A DNA stretch of 64,000 nucleotides. Origin: an uncultured Chloroflexia bacterium (GTDB lineage Bacteria; Chloroflexota; UBA6077; JACCZL01). Position 1 is the stretch's first letter; each line of letters begins with the position of its first letter. Position numbers and translations under genes: made by a program. Positions 43,964 to 55,402 of the stretch are shown here, in pieces. The stretch is taken from NCBI GenBank assembly GCA_963765765.1, contig CAVXYC010000001.1:224001-288000 (forward strand). The letters run 5' to 3'. Below the pieces are notes generated by a model, which searched no databases, was not told the DNA's origin, and was given only the letters and a program-made list of their open reading frames with translations.

Positions 43964-45820
43964 TTATGAGCGCGATGTGTAAGTCACTTGTGCGTCGGTC
44001 TGATCGGTAGCGAAACGCACCCAGACATGGTGGCGGTCCTCGTCGTAATACCAGCCCTCTTCGGCGCCGGTAAGCGCCTGTCCCGATTGGAGCTGCGGGA
44101 GCCGCGTCTCAATGCCGCCCCGCGCCAAACTCACGACGGCTGGGCCGGATGGCTCCTTGATGCGCAGCGTATACAGCTCCGATCGGGAACCGGTCGCAAC
44201 CGTGACCTTCGAGCCCTCGCGACGAGCCTGAAGGAGCAATGTATCGTCGGGGCCGGCGTGATATTCTCGCGTGCTGTCACTGGCGGGATAGATAAGCAGG
44301 GTTAATCGTCCCGATGAGCTGCGATCTCCGTGTCCAGTCTCTGATCCCTCGACCTGGAGCGGAATGATGGCTCCGGATCGAATGTACAGTGGAATTCGAT
44401 CTTCTGGGGCCTGCACCGCGATGGTTCGCCCCCCTTCCTGCACCACGTCATCGTCCCAATAGTCGTACCATCGGGTGTCGGGCGGAAAGGTCACCTCGCG
44501 CGCTTCGCCCTCAGAGAGGATCGGGGCCACCAGGAAGTCCGGACCCAGCTCATATTGCTTTCGGTCGGAATCGGCATTTCGCACGATTGGCGTCCCAGTG
44601 CGATGGGCCACCATTCCGGCCGAATAGAGGTATGGGACGAGCTCGTGATGCAGCGTCGCATAGTAACGATAGTTCTCGAGCGCTCGCGGTCCGAGCAGCC
44701 ACGGCCGATGCTCTCCGCGTCCCCCGTTCTCCATGAGTGGAACCAACGCTCCGAACTGAGTCCAACGCATGAACACTCGTTCTGAGCGCTCCCCGCGTCG
44801 GTAGCCCCCGATATCCGACCCGATCGCCGAGAAGCCCTGCCTGCTCGATGTCGCGACATCATCAAATGCTTCCCGCAGCCCAGCCCAGCCAGGGTTTTGA
44901 TCGCCGGACCAACCGGCAGGATTCGCGTCCACCGGCGCGTAGGTCGTGCCACTGTCGGTGGCTCGCGCCAGGGTGACCGCATCCGGTTTACGCTCCACGA
45001 CGTAGCGGTACATCGCCCGGTAATACGCCTCCCCGTATTCGCGTTCGGTCTTGAGTCCCGCGGCGGTCTGAAACTGTGGAGGCAGATTCCCTTCGGGACT
45101 GTCGACTTTCCATCCGTCAACGCCCACGGCAAAGGCCCGGTCCATCTGGGAGTACCACCAGCGAACCGCGTCGGGATTGAAGAAGTCGATGGCCGAACCA
45201 CGCCCCTTGTCCCACTTGACGGTCCGCCCACCATCGACGAAGTACCCGGCAGCGTGCGCCTCATCGTAGTTCGAGGCTTTCCCGGGGTCCGGTCCGTCAT
45301 CCGATTCGGTATTGATGAAGCCGGTCACCCAGAGGATAACCCGGATTCCCCGATCGTGAAGCTCGCGGACAAGGCCCGCCGGATCCGGATAGTCGCTATT
45401 GAAGAGAAGCGTGTTGTAGTTCGTCTGCCAGGGGCTGTCGATGATCACGACGCCCACGGGAATGGTGCGCTGCCGGTAGCCTTCGACGAGCTCGCGAACG
45501 GCCTGTGCGTTGTTGTACTCGTCTTCCCAGACCCAGGGTTCGTAGACCCAGCGGGGCGTGAGCGGCGGGCGAACCTGGGACACGGACTGTGGTTCAGGTT
45601 CCGGAGTCGCCGCCGAAGTCGGATTCGGGCGACTCGAGGGAAGATAACCACAAGCGACCCCGCTCGCAACAAGCGAGATGATTAGGACTGCGATTGGAAG
45701 TCGAATTGGTCTCTCCTGAATTTTGGCTGCACGCGTGACCACGGTCCGGAAACGAAGGCTGCAGCTTAACAGACTTCTAGAATTTTCTTCGAGGACCGCT
45801 ATTTGTCGTCGCGTGTGCAT
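43964..45820 (-). CDS. Glycoside hydrolase family 31, probable lipoprotein (start uncertain)
   Basis: IIDSPWQ, GVDGWKVD (nucleophile), WSGD (acid/base), GSDIGGY, RWTQFG, LVPYLYS; lipobox-like GVAC plus PT linker. Confidence 0.9.
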   Translation of the reverse strand: MHTRRQIAVLEENSRSLLSCSLRFRTVVTRAAKIQERPIRLPIAVLIISLVASGVACGYLPSSRPNPTSAATPEPEPQSVSQVRPPLTPRWVYEPWVWEDEYNNAQAVRELVEGYRQRTIPVGVVIIDSPWQTNYNTLLFNSDYPDPAGLVRELHDRGIRVILWVTGFINTESDDGPDPGKASNYDEAHAAGYFVDGGRTVKWDKGRGSAIDFFNPDAVRWWYSQMDRAFAVGVDGWKVDSPEGNLPPQFQTAAGLKTEREYGEAYYRAMYRYVVERKPDAVTLARATDSGTTYAPVDANPAGWSGDQNPGWAGLREAFDDVATSSRQGFSAIGSDIGGYRRGERSERVFMRWTQFGALVPLMENGGRGEHRPWLLGPRALENYRYYATLHHELVPYLYSAGMVAHRTGTPIVRNADSDRKQYELGPDFLVAPILSEGEAREVTFPPDTRWYDYWDDDVVQEGGRTIAVQAPEDRIPLYIRSGAIIPLQVEGSETGHGDRSSSGRLTLLIYPASDSTREYHAGPDDTLLLQARREGSKVTVATGSRSELYTLRIKEPSGPAVVSLARGGIETRLPQLQSGQALTGAEEGWYYDEDRHHVWVRFATDQTDAQVTYTSRS

Positions 45821-46289
45821 GAAGATAGTGGAGCAATGAGAGACACGGTCGTCAGTGTCGTGGTTATGGCTGCCGATTCGATTCGTCGTTCTGGCCCTCG
45901 AACCGATCGTTGCCGACGGAATCGCAATCTTCGATCCCTCGTCGGTGTGGACGTCGCCAACGCCCCCGCGCGAAGCGCTCCCTCGGGATGACGAGCGGCC
46001 GAATGGCTTCGTCGCCGAAGACATGGACGATCATTCCGTCATATTGCCGAGCGAAGCCTCCGTCTGGCGCAGCCACGTTCCGGCCCAGCCCTCGGAGGGG
46101 CCGGAGCAACTCTAAAGTCTTGTCGTGATCATCACATGGACCACGTCTGCGATGGAGGCCGTGGAGGCATTCACGTCCGGCATCCAGCGATCGCGTATCG
46201 TTGGATGAACGTTTGAAAAGGACACACCGGTCGTATACGAGCGGACTACTCCACCGCTTTTCCCGGGCGCATTTTGGTCCTATAAGAAC

Positions 46290-46320
46290 GGAGAGCCGTG
46301 GAAATCTTCCACGGCTCTCC
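46290..46320 (-). terminator. Rho-independent terminator
   Basis: 14-bp stem GGAGAGCCGTGGAA/TTCCACGGCTCTCC, followed on the minus strand by GTTCTT. Confidence 0.65.
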
Positions 46321-46361
46321 TTAATTGCGGCTGGCGCTCGCCAGCCCAAATAGCGAAGGCC

Positions 46362-47624
46362 TTATCCCGGCACGCACGAGGGGTGATTCGCCTGGCAGCC
46401 CCACGGGTATGGGACCTTCCTGCCAGTCTGAATTCCAGCCTTCTGCGCTTCGATGGCCGCCGCACGGTTAGGCTCGATTAGATCGAAGTCGGCGATGGTC
46501 TTCGGTCCGATGAAATTCTGCTCGGTCGTCCAACCGGCGTCTTTGATCAGCTTGCCCAGCGGGTATTTGTCCGCCTCTGGAGCATAGAACGGGCGGGCGC
46601 CGCCGCCACCCAGCTCCGCCTGGATCCACTCGCCGTCGAGGTTCCGCCAGGCGAAGAACAGCATCGCCAGGTCCGGGTTATTCGCCGAGATCGCCGGCGT
46701 GCAGGTCAGGAGGAAGTTGGAGGCGGCGAACTCGGGCCAGGCAAAAGCCAGCGGCGCACCGCGGCTCATCTGCGTGTAGGCCGTGTCCATGCTCATCCAG
46801 CCGATGTCGCCTTCACCCTGGATCACAGCCTGGACAACGCCGTTGCTCCCGCCCGATATCAGCTTGAGACCGTTGGCGCCCAGGTTGTTCGCGAAGGCCG
46901 TGCCGCGCTCCAGGCCCCAGCCGTTGGGGAGCATCAATTCCTTGAACCCGAGCCCCTGAGCGTCGAATGCCGCGCGTCCCTTCCACTTGTCAGTGAGCAG
47001 GTCGTCCCACTTGAAGTTTTGCATCTCCTCGGCTTTGACGTTGCGCGTGTTGTACGCCAGCGACCAGCCCTGTTGAGTGTGGAGCATGCAGTAATCCTGC
47101 AGGGTCGTGCCGTCAGGCCCGCCGGGCACGTCCGGGTACATCTTCCGCAGGTCGTTGATGGCGGGCCATTCCTGCGCCAGCACGTCCCACGGCACCTTCT
47201 TCCAGGCGCCCTGCTCCATGGGCGGGACGAAGTTGCTGGGGTTGCCGCCTTCCACCCAGTCCACGACGCCGATGTTGGAGGGCATGGCCTGGAGGATCTT
47301 GACCGGAATCTCGCGCGACCCGTGTCCCGGCTCGCTCTCAAGCTCGATCTTGATTCCGAAGCGCTGCTCGAATCGCTTCTCGAGCTCCTTGACGACCTCC
47401 GCGTCATAGCCTGTCATGCCGCCGCGGAGCTTTCCGTTGCTCGCCTTGGCTCGGGCCACGAGCGCGTTGAACTCAGCCTTTGGGTCGGCCGCCGGCTTCG
47501 CGGCCTCGCCAGATTTTGCCGCCTCCGCCGGTTTCGCTGGGGCCGCGGTGGGGCTTGGCGCAGCCGCCGGTGCACACGCCGAGAGCACCAGGAACGGCAA
47601 CATCAGCCATGAGAGTCGCTTCAT
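46362..47624 (-). CDS. ABC transporter substrate-binding lipoprotein (Fe3+/thiamine-like SBP)
   Basis: Lipobox LSAC with APA/KPAE linker; AYNTRNV, WDDLLTDKWKG, GEGDIG; GGAGGAGG SD. Confidence 0.82.
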   Translation of the reverse strand: MKRLSWLMLPFLVLSACAPAAAPSPTAAPAKPAEAAKSGEAAKPAADPKAEFNALVARAKASNGKLRGGMTGYDAEVVKELEKRFEQRFGIKIELESEPGHGSREIPVKILQAMPSNIGVVDWVEGGNPSNFVPPMEQGAWKKVPWDVLAQEWPAINDLRKMYPDVPGGPDGTTLQDYCMLHTQQGWSLAYNTRNVKAEEMQNFKWDDLLTDKWKGRAAFDAQGLGFKELMLPNGWGLERGTAFANNLGANGLKLISGGSNGVVQAVIQGEGDIGWMSMDTAYTQMSRGAPLAFAWPEFAASNFLLTCTPAISANNPDLAMLFFAWRNLDGEWIQAELGGGGARPFYAPEADKYPLGKLIKDAGWTTEQNFIGPKTIADFDLIEPNRAAAIEAQKAGIQTGRKVPYPWGCQANHPSCVPG

Positions 47625-47818
47625 AGGTCCTCCTCCTTCACTATCTAAGCCCTTAACTCACCCGCCGAAGCGCAGATAGGGCATCTTATCTTCAGCTATT
47701 TGACACTATGACATCGATGCTTGAAAAGGAATAGGAGAAGGTCAAATGCTTGAAGTCAAAGACGGATCCGATCACTGCCGAGTCCCGTGACCTCTAGCAT
47801 CTGACCTCTCGCCTCTCT

Positions 47819-49582
47819 CTAGTGCTCTCCTATAGCTCGGGTGATCCACTTGCGGCCGATAAGCACGGCCAATATGTTCACCGTGACCAGTGCTACCATC
47901 ATCGCCGCGGCAATCGGGAAATTGCCTCCCGAGTAGCGTCCGAAGATAATGTTGGCCACGGTCTGAGCGCCGGCACTGGCAACCATGAGCGGAATCGTGA
48001 AGTTACGCGACGAGTTGACGAAGATCCACAGCCAGCCATTCACGAACGCCGGTAAGAGCAGCCGCAAATTGATATAGAAGAAGCTGCGCACATAGCTGAC
48101 CCCGGCCGTGAGCGCGGCTTCTTCCAGCTCCCGATGAATCTGCACCTGCGCGGCGTGCATGAGCCGCGTGCCGTAGGCAATGTAATTCGCCGTGAAGGCC
48201 AGCGAGACCAGGATGAGCGTTCCGTACAGCGGACCACCGATGAACATCAGGAAGAATGCCAGGCCGGAGATCACGCCGGGGATGGCCAATGGCATGAACG
48301 CCAGTATGTTGACGAGTCTCGTCAGCGGTGAGGGCCACCGCACAAGTTGCCAGGCGAAAAAGCTGACCAGAAGCATCGTTATCGTAGAAGCGACCAGGGC
48401 CACGATGAGCGAATTCAATGCGTACTGCCCGAAGAAGCGCCAATCCAGCATGCTCTCGTAATTGCTCATGGTCCAGACGATGTTCACTCCTGGGACCAGA
48501 GGCTGGTAGAACCGCTGGAAGCTCGTAGCCAGCAACACGATGAACGGGATGACCACCTTGATGAGCATGAACAGCATCACGAAGCCCAGCGCTACCCACC
48601 GCCAGCGGCCCAGGGGAATGACGCGTGGTCGATATGCCTTCCCGGTGATGACGGTGTATTTGGAGGCTGCACTCACAAGGCGCATATAGAATGCGATGCC
48701 GATGATGCCTACCAGTAGGCCAAACATGCCCAGTGCCGCGGGCTGACCGTATTGGACGCCCGCACCGGTGGCTGGATTGAGTAGCTCATAGACTCGCGTG
48801 GAGAGGACGTCGATCCCAGCCGTCTTACCCAGCGCCAGCGGCGTCTCCAGTGACTCGAGCCCGACGACCGTGAAGAGCACGATGATCGAGAGCAATCCCG
48901 GCGTCATAAGCGGGCCGGTGACGTGACGAATCGTCTTCCAGCGGCTAGCGCCGGTGGCGGCGGCTGCTTCCTCGAGCGTCGGGTCCATATTGCGCAGCAC
49001 GCTGATAAGCAGAAGCCACATGGACGGGACGATACCCAGGGCGTGGACGAAGATCATCCCTTCCATACTGAAGATGTTGACCGGTCCCTCACGGATGTCG
49101 AGGCCAAAAATCTGGCGCGCCCATTGATTCAACGTGCCCGCGCGCGGACCGAGGAGCAATACCCAGCCCAGGGCGGTGGCAAAGGGTGGAATGCTAAGTG
49201 GAATGAACATGAGCGTATACATGGACGTACGGAACGGCATGTCCGTCCGCTCGGTCAGGAATGCGATCGTGAAGGCAATCGGCACGCCGATGATCATGGA
49301 GCCCACCGCATACACCACGGTGTTCCGCAGCATCGTAAGCGTGCTGGGGTGACCGAACACATCTATGTAGTTGCTCAGGACGAAGGCGTCAAACCCAAGC
49401 GGTTTCGAGTTGGCCGGACGGAAGCTGGCGATGGCCATCACGATGAGCGGGACCACCACAAGCACGGTCAGAATGATCAGTGCTATGAGCGGTGCCGCGA
49501 CCTGGATCCTGAAGATTCGGTCGAGGCGCCAGGCCGATCGCGTGGATGGAGTCCCCCGATGCTCGAGGGTAGTTGTAGCCAT
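47819..49582 (-). CDS. ABC transporter permease (FbpB-like, two TMD halves)
   Basis: ERTDMPFR, NMDPTLEEAAAATGA, QIHRELEEAALTAG. Confidence 0.92.
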   Translation of the reverse strand: MATTTLEHRGTPSTRSAWRLDRIFRIQVAAPLIALIILTVLVVVPLIVMAIASFRPANSKPLGFDAFVLSNYIDVFGHPSTLTMLRNTVVYAVGSMIIGVPIAFTIAFLTERTDMPFRTSMYTLMFIPLSIPPFATALGWVLLLGPRAGTLNQWARQIFGLDIREGPVNIFSMEGMIFVHALGIVPSMWLLLISVLRNMDPTLEEAAAATGASRWKTIRHVTGPLMTPGLLSIIVLFTVVGLESLETPLALGKTAGIDVLSTRVYELLNPATGAGVQYGQPAALGMFGLLVGIIGIAFYMRLVSAASKYTVITGKAYRPRVIPLGRWRWVALGFVMLFMLIKVVIPFIVLLATSFQRFYQPLVPGVNIVWTMSNYESMLDWRFFGQYALNSLIVALVASTITMLLVSFFAWQLVRWPSPLTRLVNILAFMPLAIPGVISGLAFFLMFIGGPLYGTLILVSLAFTANYIAYGTRLMHAAQVQIHRELEEAALTAGVSYVRSFFYINLRLLLPAFVNGWLWIFVNSSRNFTIPLMVASAGAQTVANIIFGRYSGGNFPIAAAMMVALVTVNILAVLIGRKWITRAIGEH

Positions 49583-49884
49583 GACTGTCAGTCCTCAGGC
49601 GCTCAGCGGATACCTCTAGGCATTGAGGCATTCCGCGATCGACGATGATCCGCTCCCAGTCCGTCATCACGGGTGCGTTCCGGACTGATGTAGCGGATTC
49701 TAGCGTGTGGCAGGTCGGAAGTCCCACAGATTCTTGCCAGCGCCTGATCCGCGCGAGTCTGACGCTTGCCACTCGACTTCAGAAGGCCTACGATGCGCCC
49801 TAACCAACGCGCAGCCATCGAAGCTTCAGCTTCCAGACTGATTGGAAGTGCGACACGGTCAGAGCTGCAATAGGCAGGTTCGCG

Positions 49885-50013
49885 GCGTTCAGCCGACACG
49901 TTCGAGCTGGGCCAAGCGCAGCCATGCTCGGGCGATTGCTCCTCCACGAGCTCTCGCTGGGGCGCGCTATCCCCCTGACCCTGCGCCCCCAGGCCACGGA
50001 GCTCATCCAGTGA
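49885..50013 (+). pseudogene. Vestigial 3' end of an array SBP paralog (copy 0)
   Basis: CAGCCGACACGTTCGAGCTGG (QPT-FEL-like) and LGRAIPLTLRPQATELIQ*, whose TGA overlaps the GTG of copy 1. Confidence 0.7.
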
Positions 50014-51019
50014 CGTACCTGAGCCGCCGCCGATTCTTCCGAGGAAGCCTGGGACTGGTCGGCATGGGTCTACTCTCTGGCTGCGGAAGCTCGTCGGTCC
50101 CATGGCAGCCAGCATCTGGCAAGCCAAAGGTTCCACGCATCGGGTACCTGGCGCTGAGAACGACTTCTACCGCGGAGCTCGAGGCGTTCCGCGACGGCCT
50201 GCGCGACCTCGGCTACGTGGAGGGCCAGAACATCACGATGGAGGTACGCCTGGCCGAATCGCCAGGGCTCGGCACCGGCCGCGGAGCTCGTTGCCGTGCC
50301 CGTGGATCTCATTGTGACTTCGGGAGCAACAGGGGAGATCCAGGCGGCGATGGACGCCACGCGCACGATCCCGATCGTCTTCGCCGCCGCGCCCGATCCG
50401 GTGCGGACAGGTTACGTGGCCAGCCTGGCGCGGCCGGGTGGGAACCTGACCGGGTTGAGTACCCTGGCGCCGCCGGCCAACGGGAGGCGCTTGCAGCTCC
50501 TGCGCGAGCTGATGCCGGGTGTCTCGCGGGTCATGTTTCTCGCCCCAACAGCGGGTGCAGAGGCTGCGGGCGCTCTTCAGGAGGTGCAGGCAGGCTGCCC
50601 AGTCGCTCGGGGTGCAGCTACTGGTACCGCACATCGTCACCGTCGCAGATCTACCGGACGCTTTGCAGATGGCCATTGACGAGCGTGCGGAGGCGCTCTG
50701 GATGAGCGGCTCACCGCTCCTCGGCGGTGAGGTGGGGCGAATCATGGAGTTCGCGACGGCGGCGCGGATGCCCGTGCTGTCTCAGACGCGGATCTACGCG
50801 GACGCCGGCGGTTTGATCTACTACGGGTCGAATCGGCTGGCCCAGTTCCGCCGTGCCGCCACCTACGTGGACAGGATCCTGAAGGGCGCCAATCCCGCGG
50901 ACATGCCGGTGGAGCAGCCCACCGAGTTCGAGCTGGTCATCAACCTCAAGACCGCCCAGGCACTCGGGATCACCGTCCCCAGGTCCGTGCTGGATCAGGC
51001 GACCGAGGTGATCCATTGA
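50010..51019 (+). CDS. Tat lipoprotein ABC_sub_bind (PF04392/COG2984-like) SBP, copy 1 (frameshifts ~50270, ~50580)
   Basis: MTYLSRRRFF..LLSGC; [68 protein letters not shown]. Confidence 0.9.
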
Positions 51020-52035
51020 CCGGCGTCAGTCGCCGTCAGTTTCTTGGGCGGAGCCTGGCTCTGGCCAGTTTGGGCCTGCTGTCCGGGTGTGCGGTCCTGC
51101 CGTGGCAACCACGGAAGCCGGCACGCGTGCCCGCGCGTTGGGTTCCTGCTCTTAGGTGGTCTGGGAGTCGTAGCTGCTGGGTCACCGCCCGACGCGTTTC
51201 TGGACGGCTTGCGGGAGCTGGGCTACGTGGATGGGCAGACCATGACGCTCGAGAGTCGCTGGGCTGAGAATCGGACCGAGCGGCTCCACCAGCTTGTATC
51301 CGAGCTGGTGAGCCTCGATGTGGACGTGATCGCCGTAGCCGGCAATGCCGCGATTCGGGCCGCGCTCGACATGACGAGCACCACCCCAATTGTCATGCTG
51401 GTCAGCGCCGATCCGGTCGGGGACGGTTTCGTGACCAGTCTGTCCCGCCCTGGCGGGAACCTGACCGGCCTGAGCTCAAACGCCGTCAATACGGTAGGAA
51501 AGCGGCTGGAGCTGCTCCGCGAGATCCGCCCATCCCTACGCAAACTCGCGGTGTTCTGGAACACCACCGAAGCATCCAAGGTCCGAGAATTTGACGAGCT
51601 ACGCACTCTGGCCCAGCGGGATAGTGTGGAGATCGTTTCCGCTGGAGTCACCGATCTGGATGACTTCGACCAGGGTCTGGCGGCCGTGGCCCAGGCTCGC
51701 CCTGAGGCGCTGATGATTCTGGAAGATCCGCTTATGGCAGGAAACCAGTACGGACGAATCGCCGACTTCGCGCTCACGAACCGACTCCCGTCAATGTCAG
51801 AGGCCGGGGAGCGGGTAAGTGCCGGCGGACTCGTTAGCTATGGCCGAAATCTCCCGGCCCTCTTTCGCCGCGAGCCGGGTACGTGGACAAGATCATCAAG
51901 GGCGCCAATCCAGGCGACCTGCCGATTGAGCAGCCCAACAAGTTCGATTTTGCCATCAACCTCAAGACCGCCCAGGCGTTGGGAATCACCGTCCCCAGGT
52001 CGGTACTGAATCAGGCGACGGAAGTCATTCAGTGA
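51016..52035 (+). CDS. Tat lipoprotein ABC_sub_bind SBP, copy 2 (frameshifts ~51135, ~51870)
   Basis: SRRQFL..LLSGC; [56 protein letters not shown]. Confidence 0.9.
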
Positions 52036-53021
52036 ACCGTCGCCAGCTCATTCAGGGCGGGCTTGCGCTCGCCGGTGCGGGCCTGATCGGTGCCTGCGCG
52101 GGACTTTCATCGCGGACACGGCCGGTCCGCCTTTATCGCATTGCCTACCTCGTCTCCGGCTCGTTCGATTCGAGCGCGGCGAGCCTGGAAGCATTCCGGC
52201 AGGGTATGCACGATCTCGGGTATGCCGAGGGACAGGACTATGCGCTGGAGATCCGTGCCGCCGACGGCCGAGATGAGCACTTGCCGGGCCTGGCGGCGGA
52301 GCTGGTTGCGTCGAACCCCCGTCTTATCCTGACGGGTGGCCGCGAGGCAATCGGCGCTTTGCGTGGCGCAACTTCCACCGTACCCATTGTGTTTGCCAGC
52401 GCCGGTGACCCTGTTGCCGAAGGGTTTGTGGAAAGCCTCGCACGCCCGGGCGGAAATGCCAGTGGCCTGACACTTGGGACTGGAAATGTCTATCCCAAGC
52501 GGCTGCAGCTTCTCAAAGAGGTAGTCCCGAAACTATCGCGAGTGGCTGTCCTGCGGAGCCAGGGATCGTCCAGAGACTACGAGAACATTGTCGATGCGGC
52601 CCAGGTGATGGGCATCCAGGTGCTCACGCTGGCGCTATCGGGCACGGACGACTTCGATTCGGTCGCCTCGGCGGCGCTGGACGGGCATGCCGATGGACTT
52701 ATCGTGATCACCGACGCGATTTTCATGGCTCTGGCGCCGCGCATCGTCGCTTTCGCGGCCGTGAACCGGTTGCCCGCGATGTACGGTACGAACACGTATA
52801 TGCGCGCCGGCGGACTCATGTTCTACGGCGTCAACATCTCAGAGAATTACCGCCGCGCCGCCGTCCACGTCGATCGGATCCTCAAGGGCGCCAATCCGGC
52901 CGAGATACCCGTTGAGCAGCCGACGAAATTCGACTTCGCAATCAATCTCCAGGTGGCCCGCGCGCTGGGGCTGACGATTCCCCAGTCAGTGCTCAGCCAG
53001 GCCACCGAGATCGTTCAGTGA
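52032..53021 (+). CDS. Tat lipoprotein ABC_sub_bind SBP, copy 3 (intact)
   Basis: MNRRQLI..LIGAC; full family motifs; QATEIVQ*. Confidence 0.95.
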   Translation: MNRRQLIQGGLALAGAGLIGACAGLSSRTRPVRLYRIAYLVSGSFDSSAASLEAFRQGMHDLGYAEGQDYALEIRAADGRDEHLPGLAAELVASNPRLILTGGREAIGALRGATSTVPIVFASAGDPVAEGFVESLARPGGNASGLTLGTGNVYPKRLQLLKEVVPKLSRVAVLRSQGSSRDYENIVDAAQVMGIQVLTLALSGTDDFDSVASAALDGHADGLIVITDAIFMALAPRIVAFAAVNRLPAMYGTNTYMRAGGLMFYGVNISENYRRAAVHVDRILKGANPAEIPVEQPTKFDFAINLQVARALGLTIPQSVLSQATEIVQ

Positions 53022-54030
53022 GCCGAGGCAAAAGCGTCCATGCACGCCGCGACTTTCTGCGCGCCCTGGGCATGCTGACGGCCGGAGCCGTGGCCGGCTG
53101 TGAGTTTCCGCGCTTGAGTCCCGCGCCTCCTCTGAAGATCCATCGTGTGGGGCGACTCGCGGCCACGCTTCCCAATCCGACGACCGACGCTCTCACGGCC
53201 GTGTTTCGAGAGGGACTGCGGGATCTGGGCTACGTGGACGGCCAGAATCTCATCATAGAGGAGCGATACGCCAGCGGCGTCGCCCAGTTAGCCGAGCCGG
53301 CCGCGGAGCTGGCGCGGCTTCAGGCCGAAGTGATTCTGGTCCCGTCTATCAGCGATGCGCGCGTCGTGTTATCCGCGGCGCCCAGCATGCCCATTGTCAG
53401 CGCAGGCGCGGGTGATCTGGTGGCCGGCGGGCTCGCGGTCAGCCTCGCCCAGCCAGGCGGCACCGTCACCGGATTCAGCACTCCGGACCTTACCGGAAAG
53501 CAGTTGCAGCTATTCCAGCAGGTGCTGCCGGGCAATCAAGCGAATCGCAGTTCTCACTGATCCGGCGATGCTCTCTGACTCGCAACGCGCTCAGTATGAG
53601 ACCGCGGCGGCAGGGCCTGGGACTGCATCTCGACGTTGTGCGCGCCGCAAACGCCGAGGCGTTGGAGCCCGCGATCGAGGAAGCGGTCCAGAGGCAGGCA
53701 GAGGGTCTGTACGTCGTTGGAGGACCGATGTTCGCGGCGAACCAGGAGCGGATTGCCGATTTGATAGCGCAAGCAGGCTTGCCCGCTACGTGGTTCCAAA
53801 CCGAGGCTGTCAGTCGCGGCGGCTTGATGAGCTACGGGGCCAACCGCGCCGACTTGCACCGGCGCGCGGCAACATTTGTGGACAAGATTCTCAAGGGCGC
53901 GGTGCCTGGCGAGCTGCCCATTGAGCAGCCGACCGTGTTTGACTTCGTAATCAACCTGAAGACCGCCCAGGCCCTCGGTCTCACTGTCCCCAGGTCCGTG
54001 CTGGATCAGGCCACCGAGGTGATCGAATAA
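53018..54030 (+). CDS. Tat lipoprotein ABC_sub_bind SBP, copy 4 (frameshifts ~53530, ~53610)
   Basis: ARRDFL..VAGC; [50 protein letters not shown]. Confidence 0.9.
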
Positions 54031-54079
54031 GCTGGCTTGCTTCTCTTCCCATTGGACAGCCGAGTTCTGAGTGATTGGA

Positions 54080-54893
54080 CTATGCGGGCTTCCGAGCGAC
54101 GGCCAGGATGTGAGCACTCAAACCCAGGAGACTCCGCTCGGCCTCTACGGCACGCGCGGCTCTGAGCACGCTCTCCTGCTGCAGCGGGTCAGTCCAGCGT
54201 TCTTCCATGAGCCAGCCTGGACCTTCGATCCCGAGCAACGCTTCGAGCTGGAGTCCTGCTTCGCTCACTTCAACCGCGAGCTCCTCTGGGCGGTGGAAGT
54301 AGGCCGTCGTGAACCACTCGGGGTGCAGGTCCAACCGGGCGTTCCGATGCTGCCCTTCACGGAGATCGCGCTCCACCATCTGAGAGAAATCTGCATCGAT
54401 CAGGACGCCCCGCCGCAGTCCGTCGAGCAAGGACGCGAAACGAGAGATGCTCACCGCCAGAACACGCCCCGACGGGCGGACCACGCGTTTCGCTTCGGAC
54501 AGGGCCATAAGCCGCTCCGCCTGCTCGGTCAGGTGGTACAGCGGTCCCATGAGCAAGACCGCGTCATACGAGTTGTCGGGCTCGTCCAGGCTGCGCGCGT
54601 CACCGATGGCCGCGGTGAAAGGATTCTCGGGCTGGGCCCCCGCGGCGACTCGTGCCTGCTCGATGTGCAGGGCCACGGGATCGACAAGGCGCACTCGGTA
54701 ACCCTCTCGGGCGAGCCACGCGGCATAGATTCCCGCCCCGCCCCCAACGTCGAGCACGCTGGCCGGTGGCGGAGGTAGAAAGCGTCCCAACAGCTCATTG
54801 GAGCGAACGAGCTCCAGATCCCCGGGGATTGTCTCGGAGTCGGTCGCGCTCTTGAGCGAGATCGTAGTACGCGCGAATCTCTGGGTCGAGCAT
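54080..54893 (-). CDS. Class I SAM-dependent methyltransferase (frameshift near 5' end)
   Basis: MLDPEIRAYYD..E..RL; VLDVGGGAGIY, GDARSL, YDAVLLMGPLYHL. Confidence 0.9.
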
Positions 54894-55402
54894 GGTCTTA
54901 AGGTGAGTCTAGCAAGCTCTTTGTCCTGGACTGTGAGTCTAGTGTTAGCAGTGGAGGGAGTCTGGGGCGTGATCCACTCGTAGCACGGGTCCTTGTGCCC
55001 TGTGCCTAGAGGGCGATGAGCGGGGTCGGCACATAGCTGGTGGTGATCCAGACACAGGCCACAAGGATCCGTGCTACTGTGATGATCCGGTGGATCGGTT
55101 CCTTGTTTTGAACAGTGTCAACCGAAGAAGGGCGATTCCTGAAGACCAGTGGGCCAGCGACCTTCGCTAGCATCGCTGGCTCACTGGCAATGAGTCGATT
55201 GTGCGAGGGGCGTGCCTGGCGCCCGACGGCGAGAGACACCCGGGGTGAACACTCAAGCCTGCCTCCCTAGGTCCATGACCACTTACCGCGTCAAGCTTAG
55301 CCGGCCATGGCCGTATACTCAGTCTCACGTCGCAGGCTCCGTGCACGTTGGGTGAGCCCGCCTCAACCGCCGAGTGGAGCGGGAGCCGAAAGGTGGACTG
55401 CC

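Noticed and set aside
45864-46120. Possible class III nucleotide cyclase fragment (ARQYDGMIVHVFGDEAI, minus strand)
   Set aside because: A single short resemblance; no other cyclase motifs or start signals.
54960-55240. Short ORFs between the methyltransferase and SBP copy 5
   Set aside because: No SD, motif or family resemblance; cannot be supported as genes.
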